NCBI GenBank assembly: GCA_024102665.1
Contig: JAGFJP010000040.1
Coordinates: forward strand, 1,412-65,411
Direction of reading: 5' to 3'
Source of the DNA: Thiogranum sp.
GTDB lineage: Bacteria > Pseudomonadota > Gammaproteobacteria > DSM-19610
Length of the DNA: 64,000 nucleotides
Positions 28,791 through 41,546 of the stretch are shown one piece after another. Below the pieces are notes generated by a model that saw only the letters and a list, made by a program, of their open reading frames with translations, did not search any database and was not told where the DNA came from. The translations under genes were made by a program, and so were the position numbers. Each line of letters starts with the position of its first letter. Position 1 is the stretch's first letter.

Positions 28791-29408
28791 TCAGGGCGTT
28801 GTTTCGGGATACAGCGCCAGACGTGCTACACACAGGTCCGCCTTGAATGCCCGGCCGATAGCGACAATTCCGATGCGTTCAAGCTGCTCGAGATTGAGCG
28901 GCGAACCGATGCGATAGCCGCTGAATTCAGCGAACGGCAGTCGTACGGTATGCCAGCCTGCAGGCGCCATGAACGACGCGCGCCAGGATTGCCAGGGCAG
29001 CCAGACATCATCGGTGCGAAGATGTACATTGTATTCTTCCGCATTGCCATACACCTCCAGCAACACACCCCCGTAAGCCGACGCATCCAGTGCATTCTCG
29101 CCCTTGACATCGAGAGCCGCCTGCACGAAACCACCGCTGTTGTCCAGTCGCACATCGCCGCGCAGGCGCAGGCAGGCTTTGCCGTCGATGGTATCCAGCG
29201 TCAATTGGCCGTTGGATACCCCGCCCATCACGCTGTCTGTCACCAGACGCCAGGACGTGCCGAGCGCCGAACGGTAATCGCCGGTTCCGCGGTCATCGAT
29301 AATCAGTTCGTCATCAGCCATAACGGTTGGGCTGCCAAAGCAGGACAAGAGCACCATGACAGGGAATCTCAGGGGTGACCACATCGTTTTATCCGGCTGG
29401 CCGTTCAC
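28791..29408 (-). CDS. CIA30-family (complex I intermediate-associated protein 30-like) secreted protein
   Basis: WRLVTDSVMGGVSNGQLTL ... LRGDVRLDNSGGFVQA. The GTG start overlaps the upstream stop (GTGA). An alternative ATG at 29384 gives a cleaner signal peptide. Confidence 0.7.
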   Translation of the reverse strand: MNGQPDKTMWSPLRFPVMVLLSCFGSPTVMADDELIIDDRGTGDYRSALGTSWRLVTDSVMGGVSNGQLTLDTIDGKACLRLRGDVRLDNSGGFVQAALDVKGENALDASAYGGVLLEVYGNAEEYNVHLRTDDVWLPWQSWRASFMAPAGWHTVRLPFAEFSGYRIGSPLNLEQLERIGIVAIGRAFKADLCVARLALYPETTP

Positions 29409-29953
29409 CAGCCCGACGTGCCGGGTTCGCCCTTGAACGGGCCGACGATCTCCCGGGTAATCCAGCCGCCGTAAAAGCCGCCTGCCTGCGCACGAACCCG
29501 TTCACCATCCACATAACATTCAAGCCGGCCGGGATAGAACGCCACATATTGCGCGATTGCGGCAAATTCCGCCAAAGGTTCCGGATAGGTCCAGGCCGCA
29601 TGTTCTGCACAAAGCGTGTCCACGCAGACACTGAAGTACGCGGCCCGGCCTTTCCATTCACAAAAACTGCTTCTGTTCTCCGGCCGCAGGCAGTCCGCAC
29701 GCACGGAATCGGGCGGCAGGTAAAATGTGGGTGGGCTGGCGGTTTCCAGCACCCGCCTGGCCGCACGGGTCTCTGCAATGCGTGTTCCGTCAAGACGTAC
29801 CTGGACAAGGCGCGTGTCGTCCACGATTGCCGGCGGGCGCGGGTAATCCCAGACCGACTCCTGTCCCGGGCCCGGGGTCACGGCACCGGCGGGCCGCGCC
29901 TGTCCGCGTAATTGCCAGGCGTCGCGGGCGCGCCTGATGTCATCTTTATCCAT
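29405..29953 (-). CDS. DUF427 domain protein
   Basis: Signature ESVWDYPRPP and CEWKGRAAYF. Confidence 0.75.
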   Translation of the reverse strand: MDKDDIRRARDAWQLRGQARPAGAVTPGPGQESVWDYPRPPAIVDDTRLVQVRLDGTRIAETRAARRVLETASPPTFYLPPDSVRADCLRPENRSSFCEWKGRAAYFSVCVDTLCAEHAAWTYPEPLAEFAAIAQYVAFYPGRLECYVDGERVRAQAGGFYGGWITREIVGPFKGEPGTSGW

Positions 29954-29995
29954 ACTCTTTCGAGTATAGACAGACAGGGCGGCAGCCGGTCGCAT

Positions 29996-30370
29996 TCAGG
30001 TTTTCGGTTGCCGGATCTGCGAGGGTTTGCTGAGGATGAACGCGGCCCCGTAGAGCATGACCAGCGCGATCAGCGCCTTGGTCCAGGCGCTGACGCCGGT
30101 GAAGAACGCCAGGTAGATGAAACTCGCCGCCATGGTGACAACCGAAAGCAGTTTCGCCCTGCCGGGAATCACGCCATGCATGCGCCACTGCTGCAGCGGT
30201 GGTCCGAAAACGGGATGCGCATACAGCCAGTCATGGAAGCGCCGCGAACTTTTCGCGAACGCCCACAGAGCCAGCAACATGAACGGCGTGGTCGGCAGGC
30301 CCGGTACGACAGTACCGACGGCACCCAGACCGAACAGACACCAGCCGAGCAGAAAATACAGAGCCCTCAT
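29996..30370 (-). CDS. ybaN: DUF454 inner-membrane protein YbaN
   Basis: GAVGTVVPGLPTTPFMLLALWAFAKSSRRFHDWL. Confidence 0.75.
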   Translation of the reverse strand: MRALYFLLGWCLFGLGAVGTVVPGLPTTPFMLLALWAFAKSSRRFHDWLYAHPVFGPPLQQWRMHGVIPGRAKLLSVVTMAASFIYLAFFTGVSAWTKALIALVMLYGAAFILSKPSQIRQPKT

Positions 30371-30379
30371 AAAGGGCGA

Positions 30380-30574
30380 TTATACGACCGCCCTGCCGCC
30401 GCGCGGTCCCAGCAAAAACCACAGGATCAATCCCAGCAGGGGCAGCAGCAGGATCACCACGATCCAGAGCACCTTCGCCCCGGTCCCCGCGCCGCTCTGC
30501 ACCGTTTTCACGATGGCCCACACGTCCAGAATGAGGAGTATCAATCCAAGCAGTCCACCAACCTCGATTCCCAT
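30380..30574 (-). CDS. small membrane protein, PLD-nuclease N-terminal domain-like
   Basis: 64 aa, two TM helices. LDVWAIV ... KVLWIVVILLLPLLGLILWFLLG. Confidence 0.7.
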   Translation of the reverse strand: MGIEVGGLLGLILLILDVWAIVKTVQSGAGTGAKVLWIVVILLLPLLGLILWFLLGPRGGRAVV

Positions 30575-30702
30575 TTTGTTTATCCTCTATCAGTGATCGG
30601 GATATGAATGTCCGCCTGGAAAGCAGCGGATTCAAAGACCCGAGGGTGCCCACCGGCGGATGCAGGCGCATTGAAAAAACGCAATGGGCGTGTGAACGGG
30701 CC

Positions 30703-32265
30703 CTAATCTGCGTAGAGGCCGGTTACCCGCGGATCGCGCTCGAACACGCGGGTCAGCTGCGTCAGCCGGTCGCGCGCGGGCCGGTCCAGCATGTCCCAGC
30801 TGAAACGCCATTCCCAGTTGCCTGACGAGGTTCCGGGCAGGTTCATGCGCGCGTCGCTCGCCAGGCCCAGCACGTCCTGCAGCGGCACGATGGCCGTTTC
30901 GGCGACCGAGCCGAGCGCCAGCCGGATCATGTCCCAGTGGATGGCCTCTCCGCTGGTGCCAAGATAGGCGAGGGCGCGGCGGCGTTCAACTGCTACCTCC
31001 TGCGCGGTCTGCGTGGTCTGCGTGCCGGGTTCGACCGTGAACCAGCCCCGCGTGGTGTTGTGATCGTGTGTCGCGGTGTAGACCACGCAATGCCGGATAT
31101 GGTTGTGCGGACGGTACTCCTGCGCCCTGGGGTCCTGGCCGAAGGCCATTTGCAGAATACGCATGCCCGGGAATCCCAGGCTGTCGCGCAGATCGTCCAC
31201 TTCGGGCGTGATCACGCCGAGGTCTTCGGCAATCACATTGAAAGCGATGTCGTGGTGGCTCAGCACTTCCTGCACTTTGTGGAAGAAATCGGCGCCGGGC
31301 CCCTTGATCCAGGCGCCGCGGGCGGAAGTGGATTCGGTCGCCGGCACTTCCCAGAATGCCTCGAAGCCGCGGAAATGGTCCAGGCGCAGGATATCCACCA
31401 GCGAAAAATTGACCCGGAAGCGGTCGATCCACCAGCGGTAGCCGTCTGCGGCCATGGCGTCCCAGCGATACAGCGGATTGCCCCAGCGCTGGCCGCTGGC
31501 GCTGAAGTAATCGGGCGGCACGCCGGCTACGGCGACGGGCCTGGCGTGTTCGTCGAGCTGGAACAGGCCGCGGTTGGCCCACACTTCGGCGCTGTCGTAG
31601 GCCACGTAAATGGGCAGGTCGCCGATGAGCCTGATGCCGCGTGAATGACAGTACTGTTGCAGCGCGGTCCACTGTCTGAAGAAGCTGTACTGCAGGAACT
31701 TGCGGTACTGTATCGCTTCGGCCAGTTCATTGCGCGAGCGCAGCAGCGCATCGGACTGGCAATGCGCGGCATCGGGTTCCCACTGCGTCCAGGCGCGTCC
31801 CTGGTGCGCTTCCTTGAGCGCCATGAACAGCGCGAAGTCGTCCAGCCAGAAAGCATGTTGTTCGCAGAAGCGGTAGAAATCCTCCGGAAAGCCGTTGGCC
31901 GATGCCGTGCTGAAACGCCGGAAGGCTTTCTGCAAAAGCGGTTGCCGGTACGCGTGAACGGCACCATAGTCGACACGCTGCGCGGGAAACGGCGGTGGAT
32001 CGGCAATGTCGCGGGCATCCAGCAGTCCCTCGTTTGCGAGTTGCTCGAGGCTGATCAGCGAAGGGTTGCCGCCGAAGGCGGAGAAACACATATACGGTGA
32101 GTTGCCGTAACCGGTCGGACCCAGGGGCAGGACCTGCCACAGGCTCTGGCCGCACTCGTGCAGAAAATCGGCAAACCGGTAGGCGTCGCGCCCCAGGTCG
32201 CCGATGCCGAAGCGTCCCGGCAGGGAGGTGGGATGTAACAGGATACCGCTGGATCGGGGCAACAT
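30703..32265 (-). CDS. malQ: 4-alpha-glucanotransferase (amylomaltase)
   Basis: GILLHPTSLPG ... SPYMCFSAFGGNP ... IGDLPIYVAYDSAEVW ... YTATHDHNTTRGW. Confidence 0.9.
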   Translation of the reverse strand: MLPRSSGILLHPTSLPGRFGIGDLGRDAYRFADFLHECGQSLWQVLPLGPTGYGNSPYMCFSAFGGNPSLISLEQLANEGLLDARDIADPPPFPAQRVDYGAVHAYRQPLLQKAFRRFSTASANGFPEDFYRFCEQHAFWLDDFALFMALKEAHQGRAWTQWEPDAAHCQSDALLRSRNELAEAIQYRKFLQYSFFRQWTALQQYCHSRGIRLIGDLPIYVAYDSAEVWANRGLFQLDEHARPVAVAGVPPDYFSASGQRWGNPLYRWDAMAADGYRWWIDRFRVNFSLVDILRLDHFRGFEAFWEVPATESTSARGAWIKGPGADFFHKVQEVLSHHDIAFNVIAEDLGVITPEVDDLRDSLGFPGMRILQMAFGQDPRAQEYRPHNHIRHCVVYTATHDHNTTRGWFTVEPGTQTTQTAQEVAVERRRALAYLGTSGEAIHWDMIRLALGSVAETAIVPLQDVLGLASDARMNLPGTSSGNWEWRFSWDMLDRPARDRLTQLTRVFERDPRVTGLYAD

Positions 32266-32274
32266 GAGCAGCTG

Positions 32275-35610
<3,336 letters not shown>

Positions 35611-35618
35611 AGGCTAAT

Positions 35619-35673
35619 CGGGGTCAGAACACAGTTTCTACTAATATTAGACGCAATTGTGTTCTGACCCCGG
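35619..35673 (+). repeat. 55-bp nested palindromic element, copy 1
   Basis: CGGGGTCAGAACACAGTTTCTACTAATATTAGACGCAATTGTGTTCTGACCCCGG. Arms of about 17 bp are inverted repeats, and the centre contains the palindrome CTAATATTAG. It overlaps the last codons and stop of glgB. Confidence 0.9.
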
Positions 35674-37602
35674 TTCGGGTTGCAGATACAGAACGCCCAG
35701 CGGCGGCAGGGTCAGATACAGCGAATGGTATCTGCCCTGCGCCGGCACCGGCGCGCTGTCGACGCCGCCCGCGTTGCCGAAACCTGCGCCGCCGTAATCG
35801 CGGGCGTCGCTGTTCAGCGCTTCGCGCCAGCGGCCGCCGCGCGGCACGCCGACAATGTAGTTGTCGCGCGGCACCGGCGTGAAATTGCACACCACGAGCA
35901 CCATGTCCTCGCTGCTGGCCGCCCTGCGAATAAAAGTGATGACGCTGTTTTCCGCGTCGTGAAAGTCCACCCACTCGAAACCTCCGGCGCTGAAATCCAG
36001 CTGGTGCAGGGCGGGCTGTTCACGATAGAAATGGTTGAGATCGCGCACCCAGTTCTGCAGGCCCCGGTGGGCCGGGTTATCGAGGAGATGCCAGTCCAGG
36101 CTGGTCTCGTGATGCCACTCGTTCCACTGACCGAATTCGCCGCCCATGAACATCAGCTTCTTGCCGGGATGCGCATACATGTAACCGAACAGCGCCCGCA
36201 GGTTCGCCATTTTCTGCCAGTCGTCGCCGGGCATTTTGTTCAGCAGCGAACCCTTGCCGTATACCACCTCGTCGTGCGACAGGGGCAGCACGTAGTTTTC
36301 GCTGAAGGCGTACCAGATACTGAAAGTCAGCTTGTCGTGCTGGTATTTGCGGTAGATCGGATCATGGCGCATGTAGTCGAGCGTGTCGTGCATCCAGCCC
36401 ATTTTCCACTTCATGCCGAATCCCAGCCCGCCGACCCAGGCAGGCCGCGAAACCATGGGCCAGGCGGTGGATTCTTCGGCGATGGTCTGCACATCCGGGA
36501 AGTCCCGGTACACCGATGCGTTCAGCTTGCGCAGGAACTCGATGGCGTGCCCGTTCTCGTTGCCGCCGTGTTCGTTGGGTATCCACTCGCCGGCCTGCCT
36601 GCCGTAGTCCAGGTACAGCATGGAGGCGACCGCGTCCACGCGCAGACCGTCGGCGTGGTATTTGTCCAGCCAGAACATGGCGCTGCTGATCAGTATCGAG
36701 CGCACTTCGTGGCGCCCGTAGTTGTAGAGGTAGCTGTTCCACTCCGGATGATAGCCGCGCTTGCGGTCGGCGTGCTCGTACAGGTACGTGCCATCGAAAT
36801 ACACCAGGCCGTGTTCGTCGTCGGGGAAATGCGACGGCACCCAGTCCAGCACCACGCCGATGTGATTCTGATGCAGCCGGTCCACCAGGTACATGAAATC
36901 CTGCGGCGCGCCGTAGCGGGCGGTGGGCGCGAACAGACCGGTGATCTGGTAACCCCAGGAGCCGTAGAACGGGTGTTCCATGACCGGCATGCATTCGACA
37001 TGGGTAAAGCCCATGTGGTGCACATAGTCGCAAAGCTGGTCGCCCAGTTCGCGATAGGTCAAATGGCGATGGCTTTCCTCGGGCACGCGTCGCCAGGAGC
37101 CGGCGTGCAGTTCGTAAATGCTCCAGGGCTTGTCGAGACCGTTGTGCGCGGCGCGTTTCTGCATCCACTCGCTGTCCTGCCACGGGTAGTCCAGATCCCA
37201 GACCACGGATGCTGTCAGCGGCGGCAGTTCCCAGCGGAACGCAAAGGGATCGCCCTTGGCAACCTGGTAGTCGTGTTGCCGGCTGGCGATGAAATACTTG
37301 TAAACGGCGCCGTTGCCGAGTCCGCCGACAAAACCTTCCCAGATGCCGGAACCGTCGTCGCGGGCATGCAGCGGGCAGGCATCGGTGTTCCAGTCATTGA
37401 AGTCGCCGATTACCGCCACCGCATCGGCATTCGGCGCCCACACCGCAAACAGCACCCCGGTCTCGCCCTGGTGCTTGTGCAGGTGCGCGCCGAGCTTCTC
37501 GTACAACCGGTAATGGCTGCCCTGTTTGAACAGGAATATGTCGTGTTCGGTCAGCAGACTGGCGTGCCGCACCGGCGCGCGACGCGTGGCTTGTTCAGGC
37601 AT
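35647..37602 (-). CDS. glgB: 1,4-alpha-glucan branching enzyme (short-N-terminus form)
   Basis: [54 protein letters not shown]. Confidence 0.9.
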   Translation of the reverse strand: MPEQATRRAPVRHASLLTEHDIFLFKQGSHYRLYEKLGAHLHKHQGETGVLFAVWAPNADAVAVIGDFNDWNTDACPLHARDDGSGIWEGFVGGLGNGAVYKYFIASRQHDYQVAKGDPFAFRWELPPLTASVVWDLDYPWQDSEWMQKRAAHNGLDKPWSIYELHAGSWRRVPEESHRHLTYRELGDQLCDYVHHMGFTHVECMPVMEHPFYGSWGYQITGLFAPTARYGAPQDFMYLVDRLHQNHIGVVLDWVPSHFPDDEHGLVYFDGTYLYEHADRKRGYHPEWNSYLYNYGRHEVRSILISSAMFWLDKYHADGLRVDAVASMLYLDYGRQAGEWIPNEHGGNENGHAIEFLRKLNASVYRDFPDVQTIAEESTAWPMVSRPAWVGGLGFGMKWKMGWMHDTLDYMRHDPIYRKYQHDKLTFSIWYAFSENYVLPLSHDEVVYGKGSLLNKMPGDDWQKMANLRALFGYMYAHPGKKLMFMGGEFGQWNEWHHETSLDWHLLDNPAHRGLQNWVRDLNHFYREQPALHQLDFSAGGFEWVDFHDAENSVITFIRRAASSEDMVLVVCNFTPVPRDNYIVGVPRGGRWREALNSDARDYGGAGFGNAGGVDSAPVPAQGRYHSLYLTLPPLGVLYLQPEPGSEHNCV

Positions 37603-37770
37603 GCCGGCGCTTCCGGCTGCAGGTCGGGCAAAGCGCGACGCGGTTCAGGGCCGCGATTGACTTCGTTTTCATTCGGATTCCCTCCGTGGTCCGCCTTTGC
37701 GCGGCGTTACGGGAGCTATCAGCATGAAAGGCGTCGCTACGGCTGTCATTGTGATATCGCAATAATAAAT

Positions 37771-37826
37771 CGGGGTCAGATCACAGTTTCCAGTAATATT
37801 AGACGCAATTGTGTTTTGACCCCCGG
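37771..37826 (+). repeat. 55-bp nested palindromic element, copy 2
   Basis: CGGGGTCAGATCACAGTTTCCAGTAATATTAGACGCAATTGTGTTTTGACCCCCGG, in the glgB / Na-Pi transporter divergent intergenic region. Confidence 0.9.
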
Positions 37827-37845
37827 TTCGTGACGCGATAAAACG

Positions 37846-39507
37846 ATGTCCACTGAAACCCTGATCATCATCGGCACCCTGGCCGGCGGTCTCGGCCTGT
37901 TTCTGATCGCCGTCGGCATGATCACCCAGGGGCTCAAGGTCGCGGCCGGCAGGCAGTTGCGCGCAATACTGCAGCGCTGGACGGGCACGCGGCTGCGAGG
38001 CATCGCCACCGGCGCGCTGATCACTGCCATCGTGCAGTCCTCGAGTGCCGTGACCGTCGCGACTATCGGTTTCGTGAATGCCGGCATCCTGCAGTTAAGC
38101 CACGCGCTCGGGGTGATCTTCGGCGCCAATCTGGGCACCACCATGACGGGCTGGCTGGTGGCGGCGGTCGGTTTTCAGATCAAGCTGGAAAGTTTCGCGC
38201 TGCCGCTGGTCGGCCTGGGCATGCTGCTGCGGTTGACCGGCGGCTCCAGCCGGCGCGGCCCGCTTGGCGAAGCACTGGCCGGTTTCGGGCTGTTTTTCAT
38301 CGGCATCGATTTTCTGCGCGAAGCCTTTGCCGGCCTGGCGCTGAACGTGGATCTGCCCGATCTTCAGGCGACGTCATTCGTGGAGTTGATGGCCCTGGTT
38401 GCCGCCGGCTTCCTGATAACCGTGCTGACCCAGTCATCGAGCGCCGCGATCGTTATCATCCTGACAGCAGTTTCCGGCGCAGCCTTGCCCCTGAGCGGCG
38501 CCGCAGCCATGGTCATCGGCGCAAACATCGGCACTACCTCGACCGCGGCCCTCTCCGTGATCGGCGCCACTTCCAACGCCAAACGTGTCGCCGCCGGACA
38601 TATCCTGTTCAATCTCATGACCGGGGCAATCGCGCTGGCGATTTTGCCGGGCCTGCTGTGGCTGGTCGGCGAGATCGGCGAGGAACTCGGTCTGGCGGCG
38701 CAACCCGCGGCGAGTCTGGCGCTGTTCCACAGCACCTTCAATCTGCTGGGTGTTCTGGTCATACTGCCGTTCACCAACCGGCTGGCGGTGTTTCTCGCAG
38801 GGCGCTTCCGCACCGCCGAGGAGACCGAGGGGCAGCCGCGCTTTCTGGACAACACGGTACTGGCCACCCCGCCGCTGGCGGTGGACGCGCTGACCCACGA
38901 ACTGCAACGCGTGCTGGATATCGCGCGGCGCATGGCGCAGACGGCGGTGAGCACCGAGCTGTCGCCGGGACGGCAGATCGCCACGGATGCCGCTGTGGCG
39001 CGAAACCTGGGAACGGCCATCAGCGATTTCGTCGAACACCTGGGGCGCGAGCAGCTTTCCCGGGAGGTTGCGGACGAACTGCCGCAGACCCTGCGCGTGC
39101 TGCGCTATCTCTCGCAGGCGGTCGATGAGGCCGAGCACATCGCCGGCGCACGGGTGGGCGGCGCACCCTTGTTGCGTCCGGTCCCGGCGGCGAGGCTGGC
39201 GCGCTATTACGCCGAGGTCGCGGGCTTCCTGCGGGATCTGGATGTGCAACAGGCAGAGTTCGATCCGCAGGCGCTTGGGCAGCGCGCCGAACAACTCGAG
39301 GAGCACTACCAGGGGTTGAAGGCGGAGTTCCTTGCCGCCGGTGCCCGCAACGAGATCGGCATCCAGGACATGACCGACACGCTCGGCCAGCTCAGCCGCT
39401 GCCGGCGTATGGTGCAGCAGTTGTTCAAGGGCGCGCGTCTGTTGTCGCAGCTGCGGCCCGTGGCGGCACCGGCGCCCGGCGTTATCGAAAGCGCCGGCCT
39501 GGTGTGA
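37846..39507 (+). CDS. Na+/phosphate cotransporter family protein with PhoU-like C-terminal domain
   Basis: GALITAIVQSSSAVTVATIGFVNAG and the repeat LTQSSSAAIVIILT. The C-terminal ~200 aa is helical and PhoU-like. Confidence 0.85.
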   Translation: MSTETLIIIGTLAGGLGLFLIAVGMITQGLKVAAGRQLRAILQRWTGTRLRGIATGALITAIVQSSSAVTVATIGFVNAGILQLSHALGVIFGANLGTTMTGWLVAAVGFQIKLESFALPLVGLGMLLRLTGGSSRRGPLGEALAGFGLFFIGIDFLREAFAGLALNVDLPDLQATSFVELMALVAAGFLITVLTQSSSAAIVIILTAVSGAALPLSGAAAMVIGANIGTTSTAALSVIGATSNAKRVAAGHILFNLMTGAIALAILPGLLWLVGEIGEELGLAAQPAASLALFHSTFNLLGVLVILPFTNRLAVFLAGRFRTAEETEGQPRFLDNTVLATPPLAVDALTHELQRVLDIARRMAQTAVSTELSPGRQIATDAAVARNLGTAISDFVEHLGREQLSREVADELPQTLRVLRYLSQAVDEAEHIAGARVGGAPLLRPVPAARLARYYAEVAGFLRDLDVQQAEFDPQALGQRAEQLEEHYQGLKAEFLAAGARNEIGIQDMTDTLGQLSRCRRMVQQLFKGARLLSQLRPVAAPAPGVIESAGLV

Positions 39508-39519
39508 CATCTATCTGCT

Positions 39520-39574
39520 CGGGGTCAGAACACAGTTTTCACTAATATAAGCATCAATTGTGTTCTGACCCCGA
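39520..39574 (+). repeat. 55-bp nested palindromic element, copy 3
   Basis: CGGGGTCAGAACACAGTTTTCACTAATATAAGCATCAATTGTGTTCTGACCCCG. It abuts the stop codon (39575) of the low-GC VPLPA-CTERM gene. Confidence 0.9.
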
Positions 39575-40252
39575 TTAACGTTTCCGCCTTGCCAGGTATC
39601 CAAGGCCGGCAAGTCCAGCGACTAAAAGCGGGAACGCAGCAGGCAGCGGAACTACCGTGGCGTCGTTGCTATGAAATGCAGTCAGATCCCCGTCGATCCT
39701 CAAGTCGTATAGGTTCCTGGCGGTCCCCGGTTTGTTGCCTGTCAGTGAAAACTCCGCGCGACGGGGAAAATCAGACAGGGCCAGGGATGTGGGAAGGCTA
39801 GTGCTACTGAACAAACTTCCGTCTGTATCCTCCAAATTGAAGCGGATCACTATACTCTCGTATCCAAATGCATCATCCAGAGCTACCGATATCTGGATGG
39901 CGTCATAGAAAGCAAAGTTGTTGTCGACGATGATTGAGCTGCCAGATAATTCAGTCGCTGGAAAGATGGAGCCACCGCCCTGTACAAGCATGCTAGTGAC
40001 GGCGGGTGAATAAATCGTGCGAGTTGAAGAAGAAGAAAGGACCGGAGCCTCCGTGTCATACACAAAGCTCCCGCTGATAGACGAAACTGCGCCAACAGTT
40101 CCATTCACATCGGTAAAGCTGTCGACCGTTCCCTGGTACGATACTGTCACCAGCGCAGCAGTGACATCTGTTGATGCGGCAACGGTTGCAGCAAACATCG
40201 TTGCAGCCAACAGGCCTCTGAACTTCGGTTGCGAGTTCCGGATCATCTTCAA
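39575..40252 (-). CDS. secreted protein with VPLPA-CTERM (PEP-CTERM variant) sorting signal
   Basis: N-terminal signal peptide. The C-terminus VVPLPAAFPLLVAGLAGLGYLARRKR has the motif, TM helix and basic tail arrangement. Codon usage is visibly A/T3-enriched relative to neighbours. Confidence 0.7.
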   Translation of the reverse strand: MKMIRNSQPKFRGLLAATMFAATVAASTDVTAALVTVSYQGTVDSFTDVNGTVGAVSSISGSFVYDTEAPVLSSSSTRTIYSPAVTSMLVQGGGSIFPATELSGSSIIVDNNFAFYDAIQISVALDDAFGYESIVIRFNLEDTDGSLFSSTSLPTSLALSDFPRRAEFSLTGNKPGTARNLYDLRIDGDLTAFHSNDATVVPLPAAFPLLVAGLAGLGYLARRKR

Positions 40253-40567
40253 GTTCCCCCTTTCGGTCGTTCGTGTTGGCCGTTGTGAGCGCTTTCCAGG
40301 GAATGATGCGCTCGCGCGCAGACGCGGATCAAAAACAACCTGTCTGGTTCATGGTCTGGGCCATGATATGCGGATTTTTCAAGCAAGATACACGCCCACC
40401 ACCATTTAAACTTATGTGAAACAATGGTTAGCGGTGTATGGTCCATATTCGCCGTTAAGCAACCTGACACAATCCGATGCGCATGAGTCTCACATGCGGC
40501 GCCTATTCCGTTGTTTGATAATCTATTTTTAGATTGGCGCCGAGCAGCTAAGTTTTCCGACATCGGT

Positions 40568-41545
40568 CTACACCTGCGCCGCCTTGCGCAGCTCTTCCAG
40601 CAGCATGCCCTCGAACAGGGGAATCTTGTAGGCGTTCTTTGTCATGGGCCGGGCATTGGCAACCGCGGCTTTGGCGGCCTTGCGGATAACGGCGTCATCC
40701 AGCGTCTGGCCGCGCAGCACCTGTTCCGTTTCCGGTGAACGCCAGGGGATGGGTGCGGCGGCCGCCAGCACCACGCGGCAGTCGCGCACCCGGTCGCCGT
40801 CCATGACGAGCGCCAGCGCGCAGCCGGCGACCGCGAAGTCCCAGGAACGGCGGGTACGCACCTTGCGATAGCTGCTGTACAGACCGGCGGGCGCCGGCGG
40901 CACGTGCACCTTGACGATGACTTCGCCCGGCTTCAACAGGGTTTCGCGAGTGGGATCCTGCTCCGGCGGCATGTGCAGTTGCGACACCGGCAGGCGGCGT
41001 CCGCCTGACGGGCCGGCGGTTTCGATTTCCGCGTCCAGTGACACCAGCGCCGGCGCGATATCGGAAGGGTGCACGATAAAGCAGTTCGCGCCGCCGAAAA
41101 TGCAGTGATATTCGTTTTCGCCGTTCACGGCAAAGCACTTGTGGCCGCCCTTGCGCAGGCACGGGAAGTCGCCCCGGTAATACCAGCAGCGCGGCTTCTG
41201 GCACAGGTTGCCGCCGAGCGTTCCCTGGTTGCGCAGCTGCGGGCTGGCGACCTCGCCCGCCGCCTGCGCCAGTCCCGGATAACGGCGTTGAACCAGCGGG
41301 TGCGCGGCGATGTCGGTGATGGTTGTCATGGCGCCGATGTCGAGGCCACCGTCGCGGGTTTCGCGCAGTCCCGCGAGGTCTCCGAGCGCCGCCAGGCTGA
41401 CCAGCCTGTCTGCCCCGAACACTTCATCACGCAGACAGCCCAGCAGGTCGGTGCCGCCGGCATGGATGTGGGCATTGCCTTCGGTCAGCGCGGCGACGGC
41501 GTCCTGCAGCGAGGCAGGGCGGACATAGGCGAACGGGGTGAGCAT
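40568..41545 (-). CDS. xanthine dehydrogenase-family oxidoreductase, FAD-binding subunit
   Basis: FAD-binding PCMH-type motifs (HAGGTDLLGCL, LRNQGTLGGNLCQ). Confidence 0.85.
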   Translation of the reverse strand: MLTPFAYVRPASLQDAVAALTEGNAHIHAGGTDLLGCLRDEVFGADRLVSLAALGDLAGLRETRDGGLDIGAMTTITDIAAHPLVQRRYPGLAQAAGEVASPQLRNQGTLGGNLCQKPRCWYYRGDFPCLRKGGHKCFAVNGENEYHCIFGGANCFIVHPSDIAPALVSLDAEIETAGPSGGRRLPVSQLHMPPEQDPTRETLLKPGEVIVKVHVPPAPAGLYSSYRKVRTRRSWDFAVAGCALALVMDGDRVRDCRVVLAAAAPIPWRSPETEQVLRGQTLDDAVIRKAAKAAVANARPMTKNAYKIPLFEGMLLEELRKAAQV

Positions 41546-41546
41546 G

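Noticed and set aside
35680-37833. 717-aa plus-strand ORF
   Set aside because: It is antisense to glgB, whose GH13 motifs are unambiguous.
35619-39574. Possibility that the three 55-bp repeats form a CRISPR array
   Set aside because: The copies are about 2 kb apart, separated by full-length genes, and are internally palindromic with an AT-rich core. No cas genes are present.
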